A stretch of DNA of 32,000 nucleotides, from positions 180,001 through 212,000 of the forward strand of contig CAVRAI010000003.1 in NCBI GenBank assembly GCA_963718915.1, given 5' to 3'. Under the pieces are notes generated by a model. That model did no database searches. It was not told the DNA's origin and saw nothing but the letters and a program-made list of their open reading frames with translations. Below, in pieces: positions 7,646 through 14,677 of this stretch. Source of the DNA: an uncultured Chloroflexia bacterium (GTDB lineage: Bacteria; Chloroflexota; Ktedonobacteria; Ktedonobacterales; JADMIN01). The translations under genes and the position numbers were made by a program. Numbering within the stretch: position 1 is the first letter of the stretch; each line of letters opens with the position of its first letter.

Positions 7646-7910
7646 TCCACCACCAGACTGGATATCGCCGTTTCCTGTATCCCCACCCTATTCCATTCTT
7701 TTTCTTATCACAGGAACGTGCGTTTTCCTTGCGCGCTTTTTTTGGCGCGGCCATTTGTCTACCACAAGGATACACACACGCCGATTTTGGCGCAAGGCGC
7801 TGGCGCAACCAGCGATAGGCAACCATCGCGCCGCCACTGGCCGGATGTCTGCCAGGCAGGCGATGCGCGGCGGAATAAAACAGAGTCGAACAGGAAGGGA
7901 AGGGGAAACG

Positions 7911-8372
7911 ATGCAAGACACGATGGCATCATGCCCTATCTGCGCGAAACAGCAGGGCGACGTGCTCGGCGGGCCGATCTATCAGGATGAGCTTGTCTAT
8001 GCGCACCATGTCTACAACGACGAAGGGCCGACATTCCTCGGCTACGTGCGCGCCGAGACCCGACGTCACGTACCCAGCTTTGCCGAGCTGACCCCTGAGG
8101 AGGCGCAGGCGGTCGGGCTGCTGATCGCGCGCCTCAGCCGAGCCATCAAGGTGTGCACAGGCGCTGACCATGTCTACGCCTTCTTCTATGGCGACCATGT
8201 GCCACATCTGCACATGCATGTCTTCGCCCGCTATCCCGGCACGCCCGAAGAGTACTGGCGCGAGCGCGTGGGCGAGTGGTCACAGTCCCCCAAGGGCGGC
8301 GCGGAAGAGGTCGCGGCGCTTGCCCATCGGCTGCGCGACTATCTGGCGGAGAGCACGGTAGTCGTCAAGTAG
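7911..8372 (+). CDS. HIT (histidine triad) family protein, copy 1
   Basis: RBS GGAAGGGGA upstream. N-terminal CPIC, and the histidine triad HVPHLHMHVF. I chose the internal ATG of ORF 7617..8372 because the upstream part is AT-rich intergenic-looking sequence. Confidence 0.85.
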   Translation: MQDTMASCPICAKQQGDVLGGPIYQDELVYAHHVYNDEGPTFLGYVRAETRRHVPSFAELTPEEAQAVGLLIARLSRAIKVCTGADHVYAFFYGDHVPHLHMHVFARYPGTPEEYWRERVGEWSQSPKGGAEEVAALAHRLRDYLAESTVVVK

Positions 8373-8387
8373 TGAAGGAATACGGTC

Positions 8388-8831
8388 ATGCACGGCTGTC
8401 TGTTCTGCGATGTCCAACGCGATCATTCGCCAGCGGTGGGCGGTCCTGTCTATGCGGACGATCTCGTCTACGCCTATCATTGGAACGAGGAGGGAAGCGG
8501 TTATCTTGGCCACCTTCTGCTGATTACCAGGCGACACGCACCGGACTTCGCCGATCTCACGCCCGCCGAGGCGCAGGCGGTTGGGCTGCTGATCGCGCGC
8601 CTCAGCGGCGCGCTCAAGGTCTGCACTGGCGCTGAGAAGGTCTACGCGGTCTTCTATGGCGAGGTGACGCCGCACCTGCACGTCCACCTCACAGCGCGCT
8701 ATCCTGGCGCCCCAACGGGATACCTGCGCTGGAACGTCGAGGACTGGCCAGACGCGCCACGCGGCGACTTCGAGGCGATAGCGGCGCTCTGCCAGCGGCT
8801 GCGCGGGTTCCTAGCGGAGAATCCACAATGA
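8388..8831 (+). CDS. HIT (histidine triad) family protein, copy 2 (tandem paralog)
   Basis: CLFC and TPHLHVHL motifs. It shares LTPxEAQAVGLLIARLSxAxKVCTGA with copy 1 almost exactly, and a nearly identical DNA stretch as well. It starts 15 bp after the copy 1 stop. Confidence 0.85.
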   Translation: MHGCLFCDVQRDHSPAVGGPVYADDLVYAYHWNEEGSGYLGHLLLITRRHAPDFADLTPAEAQAVGLLIARLSGALKVCTGAEKVYAVFYGEVTPHLHVHLTARYPGAPTGYLRWNVEDWPDAPRGDFEAIAALCQRLRGFLAENPQ

Positions 8832-8979
8832 ACTGCGATATAGCCCACATCCCGCAGCCATGCGGGGTCGCTTCGGGGAGTTTCTGTGAGAGTGCTGGAC
8901 TTGGGTTACTGGTATCATCGTACCGGGCCAGAAGTCGGGAGGTATGGAGTCGCCACAACTCAAGAAGGGAGAGCAGGCC

Positions 8980-9918
8980 ATGCGAGAGCAGATTGTAAAC
9001 CGACCACTCCAGGGAAAGGTCGCCTTGGTGGCCGGAGCTACCCGCGGAGCAGGACGCGCAATCGCCGTTGAGCTCTGCAGAGCTGGTGCTTTTGTATACG
9101 CCACAGGGCGCAGCAGTCGCTTGACCGGTTCGTCAGATATGGATCGGCCTGAGACCATCGAGGAAACCGGCGAGCTGATGCAGGCGACTGGTGGAGAGGG
9201 CAGCGCCCTGCGCGTCGATCACTTGGATGTGGAGGCGGTGGAGGATCTCGTGGCCCGCATCGAGGCGGAGCGCGGTCGGTTGGACATCCTCGTCAATGAC
9301 ATCTTCGGTGGCCACAAGTACACGCAGTGGGAGAAGAAGCTCTGGGAGCATGACCTGACGGGCGGGATCTACATGCTGCGCATGGGGGTGCATACCCACC
9401 TCATCACGAGCGCCAAAGCGCTCCCGCTCATCCTGCGGACGGGCGATGGGCTGGTAGTCGAGATGACCGATGGCACGTCGGAGTACAACAAGGCCTTTCG
9501 CCGCAATGTCGGCTTCTACTACGATCTGGTGAAGGCCAACGTCGAACGGATCGCTCTGGCGTTGGCGGCTGAACTCGAAGACGAGAGTTGTACAGCAGTG
9601 GCGGTGACCCCCGGCTGGATGCGCTCGGAGCAGATGCTGGAGGACTTTGGCGTGACGGAAGAGAACTGGCGCGATGCGCTCGCGCACGAGCCGCACTTCT
9701 GCATCTCGGAGACGCCCGCCTACGTGGCGCGCGGGATTGTGACGCTGGCGGCCGATCCCACGGGACGTCGTCAGTACGCCGGGCAGGTGCTCTCGAGCGC
9801 GGACTTGGCCCGCATCTATGGCGTGACGGACATTGATGGAACGCAACCGGATTGCTGGCGCTATACGGTCGAGGTGCAGGACCCAGGCCTGCCAGCAACC
9901 GAAGTGGGCTATCGCTAG
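8980..9918 (+). CDS. Short-chain dehydrogenase/reductase (SDR) family oxidoreductase
   Basis: Rossmann motif GKVALVAGATRGAGRAIAVEL, NDIFGG, and a YxxxK-like FYYDLVKA. I took the internal ATG (MREQIV) with GGGAGAG upstream. Confidence 0.85.
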   Translation: MREQIVNRPLQGKVALVAGATRGAGRAIAVELCRAGAFVYATGRSSRLTGSSDMDRPETIEETGELMQATGGEGSALRVDHLDVEAVEDLVARIEAERGRLDILVNDIFGGHKYTQWEKKLWEHDLTGGIYMLRMGVHTHLITSAKALPLILRTGDGLVVEMTDGTSEYNKAFRRNVGFYYDLVKANVERIALALAAELEDESCTAVAVTPGWMRSEQMLEDFGVTEENWRDALAHEPHFCISETPAYVARGIVTLAADPTGRRQYAGQVLSSADLARIYGVTDIDGTQPDCWRYTVEVQDPGLPATEVGYR

Positions 9919-9978
9919 CTGGCTGACCTGGATGGCTAGATGGGAGGCGTCCGGCCCGTCGCCGCCTGTTCTGTGCGG

Positions 9979-10160
9979 CCGATGCTCCGCCGGGCGATTG
10001 ACCAGCAAGCACAGGACCATGATGAGACTGAGGGCTATGATGCGCTCGGGCTTCTTCACGAACACCGAGGAAGCCAGGAACAGCGGATCCTTGAGGAAGG
10101 CGAAGCGGCGCACCTCGCGAGTAAGGACAGGGATTGACGCGCAGGGTGTGCTATAGTTCG
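9979..10160 (-). mobile_element. Relic of an IS4/IS1634-like DDE transposase gene (about 60 codons only)
   Basis: The minus-strand translation REVRRFAFLKDPLFLASSVFVKKPERIIALSLIMVLCLLV matches the conserved C-terminal block (G)FRFLKDP.F....FLK.P.RI.AL..VM.LCLLVY of these transposases. The rest of ORF 9133..10488 is antisense shadow. No intact transposase or terminal repeats are present. Confidence 0.45.
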
Positions 10161-10348
10161 TCCTGGAGCCAGTGAGCGACCTCCCGCATCGAGTCAGCAT
10201 GCGGGAGGGATTCCGCCCTACGGCGGCCGATGAATGTTGAGCCGGGTAGCGTTTGAATCGCTCGTGACGCGGCTTTCCCTCGTTTCGCCGCCAGCTCGGG
10301 CCTTGGCAGTAAGTTCCATAGCCCACTGAAAGAAGTGAGGCGTCCTCG

Positions 10349-11341
10349 ATGAGTCTGTCTGTCGAACACGTCAACAAATGGTTTGGTTCGTTCCAGGCGA
10401 TCAAAGACCTCTCGATGGATGTGAGAGAGGGCATCATCTTCGGCTTCGTTGGCCCCAACGGCGCGGGCAAAACCACCACCATGCGCATGATCCTCGACCT
10501 CCTGCGTCCCGACTCTGGCCAGATTACCTGGGATGGCGCGCCCGTGAGCGCGGTTCCGCGCCGTGACCTCGGCTACTTGCCGGAAGAGCGCGGACTCTAC
10601 CCCAGGATGGAGGTACAGGAGCAGTTGCTTTTCCTGGCGCGCCTGAGCGGGATGTCTGTAGGGAGCGCACAGAGCGCGCTGGATGAGTGGCTGGAGCGTT
10701 TCCAGATCACCGCCTATCGCCACAAAAATGTTGAGGAACTCTCCAAAGGGAACCAGCAGAAGGTGCAGTTCCTCGCGGCTATTTTGCACAACCCGGCGCT
10801 CTTGATTATGGATGAGCCGTTTAGCGGGCTGGACCCGGTCAACGCGGCGGCGCTGAAAGAGGCGTTTCTTGAGATGCGCCAGCGCGGCAAGACCATTATC
10901 TTCTCCACGCACCAGTTGGAGCAGGTCGAAGAGTTATGCGAGGACATGCTGCTGATTAATAAAGGGCAGGCGATGGTGCATGGCAACGTGCAGGCGATCA
11001 AGCGCCAGCACGGGCGCAATGCCGCGCGCCTCACACTCGACAACGACCCGCAAGCGCTCTGGCTCGATACGCTGGATGGCGTCACCGTGACCAAACGCCG
11101 CCAGGACTACATCGAAATGCAGTTCCAGGCCCATCTCAATCCAAATGTGATCGTCGAAGCGGCATTACAGCATGGCGGAAACATCAGCCGCTTCGAGGTG
11201 GTTGAGCCGTCGCTGACGGACATCTTTATTGAGCTGGTGGGCGCTACCGCGCTTCCTGACGCGCCCGCGCCCGGCACAGATGGCACAGATGGCACAACTG
11301 GCGCAGATGGCACAGATGGGCCATTGGTCGGTACCGCATAG
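10349..11341 (+). CDS. ABC transporter ATP-binding protein (NatA/ABC-2 exporter type) with a Gly-Thr-Asp repeat tail
   Basis: Walker A GPNGAGKTT, signature LSKGNQQK, Walker B LLIMDEPFSGLD, H-loop STHQL. The C-terminus is PGTDGTDGTTGADGTDGPLVGTA. Confidence 0.9.
   Translation: MSLSVEHVNKWFGSFQAIKDLSMDVREGIIFGFVGPNGAGKTTTMRMILDLLRPDSGQITWDGAPVSAVPRRDLGYLPEERGLYPRMEVQEQLLFLARLSGMSVGSAQSALDEWLERFQITAYRHKNVEELSKGNQQKVQFLAAILHNPALLIMDEPFSGLDPVNAAALKEAFLEMRQRGKTIIFSTHQLEQVEELCEDMLLINKGQAMVHGNVQAIKRQHGRNAARLTLDNDPQALWLDTLDGVTVTKRRQDYIEMQFQAHLNPNVIVEAALQHGGNISRFEVVEPSLTDIFIELVGATALPDAPAPGTDGTDGTTGADGTDGPLVGTA
11273..11317 (+). repeat. Five tandem 9-bp units (GGCACAGAT consensus) inside the 3' end of the ABC ATPase gene
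   Basis: The units are GGCACAGAT GGCACAGAT GGCACAACT GGCGCAGAT GGCACAGAT. They are in frame and encode GTD-GTD-GTT-GAD-GTD. Confidence 0.9.
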
Positions 11342-11357
11342 AATCGGAGCATGAGCG

Positions 11358-12830
11358 ATGGCAAAGCGCGTGGTCGAGACGCCAGAACAGCAGCCGCCAG
11401 ACCAGGGACGCCAGGCGGTAGCGGTACGCTCGGGCGGCGCCGCTGCCCAGGATAACCTGCGCAATGCCCGCCTGATTATCGGGCGCGAGTACAGAAGTCG
11501 TGTAACTCAGCGCAGCTTCATCATCAGCACCATTGTGCTGCTGGCGCTGATTGTCATTGCCGCGTTCGTCCCGACCATCATCCAGCTTATTGTCAGGGCG
11601 ACCAGCTCGCAAACGCAGACACAGACCCATATCGTCGTGGTGAATCAGGCGGGTACGGTCGCGGGACTGGATGAGGCGGCGCTCACTGCGCTCATCACTT
11701 CCTCGCTGAATGGGACACAGACCGGAAGCAGCGCCCCCTATACGATTAGCAGCCAACCTGGGGCGTCCGTGGCCGACGTGCGGCAGCAGGTCAAGAATGG
11801 CACGCTGGATATTCTGCTGGTCTTCTCCCGTTCGCCGGATCAGCGCCTGCAATTGACCTACGTTACCAACACAACCGCAGCCAACGACGGCAATCTGACT
11901 GCGATCCAGACGCTGGCGCTCCAACTCACCTTTCTCGACACCGCGCATCAGCTGGGTCTGACTCCTGCCCAGGTGAGCAGCCTCTCGGCGCCGCCCGATC
12001 TGACCGTCACCCGTATCTCGAGCGAGACTGGCCGCCCGACGAATCAGCTTGTCGTCGGCTATGTACTGACCTTTGCCGGAGCGTACCTGCTTTTCTATGC
12101 CGTCGTCACGTACGCGACGGCTGTGGCGAATGGCGTCGTGGAAGAGAAGACCAGCCGCGTGATGGAACTGCTGCTGAATGCGGCGACGCCCTGGCAGTTA
12201 CTGGTTGGCAAAATCGTGGGTATTGGCGCGGCGGGTCTCACGCAGATGGTCTGCCTGGTGGCGGCTGGTATTGGGGCGCTCCTCCTGCAAATACCCTTAC
12301 AGGCGGCGCTGTTTGGCGCCAATGTCAGCGGGTTCACTCAGTATCTCTCTGGCATTTCGATTCCATTCCTCCTGCTGTTCCTGGTCTACTTTCTCCTGGC
12401 CTACTTCCTCTATGCAAGCCTGTTCGCCGGGCTTGGCGCGCTGGTGAAGCGACAGGATGAGGTGCAGAGCGCCATCCAGATTCCCTTGTTCTTATTGATC
12501 GTGAGTCTGGTGCTGCTCTATGTCGCGGCATTTGCGCCCAATGAGACCCTGACGCGGGTACTTTCCTTTGTCCCCTTTTTCACGCCGGTATTGATGTTGG
12601 TGCGCCTGGGGCTGGGAACGGTTGCCTGGTGGGAGGTCGTTGTCACGATACTGTTGATGGTGGTTACCATCGCCGCCTGCGCCTGGGTTGCCGCGCGTCT
12701 GTATCGCTATGGCGTTTTGCTCTACGGGCAAAAGCCTGGTTTGCGACAACTGGCGCGCATCGTACGCATTGAAATAGAAAAGCGGGGAAGCGCGCCCATC
12801 TGCGCTCCCCCGCGATCACACGCACTATGA
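11358..12830 (+). CDS. ABC-2 type transporter permease (NatB/YhaP-like)
   Basis: 490 aa, starting 17 bp after the ATPase gene. One N-terminal TM helix is followed by a large extracytoplasmic loop and a C-terminal bundle of about 5-6 TM helices, which is the typical ABC-2 permease layout. Confidence 0.85.
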   Translation: MAKRVVETPEQQPPDQGRQAVAVRSGGAAAQDNLRNARLIIGREYRSRVTQRSFIISTIVLLALIVIAAFVPTIIQLIVRATSSQTQTQTHIVVVNQAGTVAGLDEAALTALITSSLNGTQTGSSAPYTISSQPGASVADVRQQVKNGTLDILLVFSRSPDQRLQLTYVTNTTAANDGNLTAIQTLALQLTFLDTAHQLGLTPAQVSSLSAPPDLTVTRISSETGRPTNQLVVGYVLTFAGAYLLFYAVVTYATAVANGVVEEKTSRVMELLLNAATPWQLLVGKIVGIGAAGLTQMVCLVAAGIGALLLQIPLQAALFGANVSGFTQYLSGISIPFLLLFLVYFLLAYFLYASLFAGLGALVKRQDEVQSAIQIPLFLLIVSLVLLYVAAFAPNETLTRVLSFVPFFTPVLMLVRLGLGTVAWWEVVVTILLMVVTIAACAWVAARLYRYGVLLYGQKPGLRQLARIVRIEIEKRGSAPICAPPRSHAL

Positions 12831-12837
12831 TGATAGC

Positions 12838-13275
12838 CTACGAGGCCCGCAACGCGCGCAATGTCTCCTCGATCTCGCCCCAGGAGTTCTGCCTGCCCGC
12901 CGTTCGCACGGGCGAGCGCGTCGCCACCGGAGCGCTTTCGTAGCCCGCCAGCCAGTCGGCTAGCGCCTCTTCCAACACATCCTCAGGACGCCGTCCCGTC
13001 AGCCACGCGGCGCGTGTCGTCTCGCGCATCAGCGCGGATGGCAACTGCACTGCCATCGAACTCCCCAGAGTCGCATTCACCCGCGTCGCACTCGTCGCCT
13101 GAATGGCTGGAGCCAGTAGCGCCTCCAATCCGGCCATCGCACTATCCATCCCACGTGTCACGCCTGCCTGCGCCATGCGCGCCGCCTGCACCGCCCGCGC
13201 CACCTGTGGCCGCGCGGATGAGTGCGGGGTGGAATGCGCGCCGCGCCATCCCCTGACTCGAATTGCCCAATGCAT
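12838..13275 (-). CDS. Hypothetical protein with a ribbon-helix-helix (CopG/Arc/MetJ-like) segment
   Basis: ATG 13275 is preceded by GGAGG at 7-nt spacing. The central segment MAVQLPSALMRETTRAAWLTGRRPEDVLEEALADWL has the beta-strand/helix/helix pattern of RHH DNA-binding domains. The N-terminal 70 aa are unrecognised. Confidence 0.5.
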   Translation of the reverse strand: MHWAIRVRGWRGAHSTPHSSARPQVARAVQAARMAQAGVTRGMDSAMAGLEALLAPAIQATSATRVNATLGSSMAVQLPSALMRETTRAAWLTGRRPEDVLEEALADWLAGYESAPVATRSPVRTAGRQNSWGEIEETLRALRAS

Positions 13276-13427
13276 CGCCGTACCTCCGCTCCGTCTCTGC
13301 TCTGCCGCTACTCTACCTATGTGTCCGCCAACGCCGCCCGCTGTTCGATCTGACTATCTCATACATCCCTGAAACATATGCAAGAGACCGTCAGGGCCGA
13401 GGCCGTCGCCAGCAACCTCGGCTACAA

Positions 13428-13463
13428 TAGAACTTATGTTCTATATACTAGAACGCACGTTCG
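13428..13463. promoter_or_regulatory. Two Gram-positive/Chloroflexi-type LexA (Cheo/SOS) boxes, GAAC-N4-GTTC
   Basis: Box 1 is TAGAACTTATGTTCTA (13428-13443, perfect 6-bp arms). Box 2 is AGAACGCACGTTCG (13450-13463). Their centres are 21 bp apart. -10-like hexamers TACAAT (13423-13428) and TATACT (13444-13449) are interleaved with them. Confidence 0.7.
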
Positions 13464-13537
13464 CTGTTTGGGGTAACACCGGGACGAAGGTACCAGACAG
13501 AGGAGAGATGGCGGCGGACACATGCCGCCATGCGCGG

Positions 13538-14287
13538 TCAGCGGGCCATGCGCTCGCTGCACGCCTGCACAAACGCGCGGAAGAGCGCGCGGCTCGGCTC
13601 GTCGGGCTGCTCAGGGTCGCCTTCGAGTTCTTCGGGGTGGAACTGCACCGCGAGCGCAAATGGGTGGCCATCCACCTCCATTGCCTCGGCCACACCATCA
13701 GGTGACCAGCCGACGATCTCGACACGCTCACCCGGCTGCGCGACCGCCTGGTGGTGCAGGCTATTGACGGCGTACGGCGCGGCGCCCAGAATCTCGCTCA
13801 GCCGCGAGTGTTGCTGAAGACGAATCCCGTGCGCGCGATAGGTGCGCCCGATGTCCGCCTGGTCGTGGCGCGCCATCGCGGGCTGCTGCGTCTCCAGATC
13901 CTGGTAGAGCGTGCCACCACAGGCCACATTCAGCAGTTGCATCCCACGGCAGATGCCCAGAATCGGCGCCGCGGCATCCAGCGCCCAGGCCGCCAGCGCG
14001 AGTTCCAGCTCGTCGCGTTCGGGGTCTGGCGCCTGACAGGCGACAATGCGTTCTTCGCCATAGCGTTCGGGGTCAATATCACAGCCGCCGCTGAGCAGCA
14101 GCCCATCGAGCCGCGAACAGATCTCTTCAATGGCATCGGCGTCGTGGCCCGCCGGGATGAGCAGCGCAACGCCACCCGCGCGCTGGACGGCACGGACGTA
14201 GGACTGATTATTGCCGTAGACGACGACATTGGAACCCGGCCGGGTTACGCTATTACAGGGGATACCAATGACTGGGCGCATACTCAT
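13538..14287 (-). CDS. Class I glutamine amidotransferase / gamma-glutamyl-GABA hydrolase-like (peptidase C26, PuuD family)
   Basis: PVIGIPCN start, nucleophile elbow GICRGMQLLNVACGGTLYQDL, SLHHQAV, and HPEE near the C-terminus. The start is ambiguous between ATG 14287 and ATG 14281. Confidence 0.85.
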   Translation of the reverse strand: MSMRPVIGIPCNSVTRPGSNVVVYGNNQSYVRAVQRAGGVALLIPAGHDADAIEEICSRLDGLLLSGGCDIDPERYGEERIVACQAPDPERDELELALAAWALDAAAPILGICRGMQLLNVACGGTLYQDLETQQPAMARHDQADIGRTYRAHGIRLQQHSRLSEILGAAPYAVNSLHHQAVAQPGERVEIVGWSPDGVAEAMEVDGHPFALAVQFHPEELEGDPEQPDEPSRALFRAFVQACSERMAR

Positions 14288-14377
14288 TCTCCCAGAGATC
14301 GAAATACCGTGTCTTTCACCGCCAGACAAACGACCCAGCGCCTATCCAGCATCTATCCATACGAACGGATGATACGA

Positions 14378-14536
14378 TTACTGGTCGCCGGAATCAGTAA
14401 ATGGCGACGCGGAGGAAATGGGTCCGCCGGTGGTTCGCCGTGAAAGCGTGTTGGGTTTGCGCGATGAGAGCAGAATCAAGAGGCAGATACAGGCCAGCCA
14501 GCCAATCAACATCACCAGAACAATCGATCCTGTCAT
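14378..14536 (-). CDS. Possible small single-pass membrane protein (52 aa)
   Basis: The internal ATG has GAGAAGG 8 nt upstream. MTGSIVLVMLIGWLACICLLILLSSRK is one clear TM helix. It lies in an AT-richer spacer. No homology recognised. Confidence 0.3.
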   Translation of the reverse strand: MTGSIVLVMLIGWLACICLLILLSSRKPNTLSRRTTGGPISSASPFTDSGDQ

Positions 14537-14677
14537 AGATAACGCCTTCTCATATGACGACAAATCACGACAATGCCGTCTATGCAGTCTGCCAGAGCAT
14601 ACTGCTGAGGTCAAATAAATCCCGCCAGATGGGCTACTCGATCTCCATTGATCGCCTGTTCTGTTGAGGGTCGCCGG

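Noticed and set aside
7700-7740. GGAAC element (7713-7717) as an ECF-type -35 box in the sigma/HIT divergent region
   Set aside because: A single GGAAC with no convincing CGT-type -10 at 16-17 bp on either strand is expected by chance.
9133-10912. Long minus-strand ORFs 9133..10488 (451 aa) and 10151..10912 (253 aa)
   Set aside because: They are antisense to the SDR and ABC ATPase genes, whose motifs are unambiguous. Only the short 9979-10160 stretch shows transposase-like sequence, and I reported that separately as a relic.
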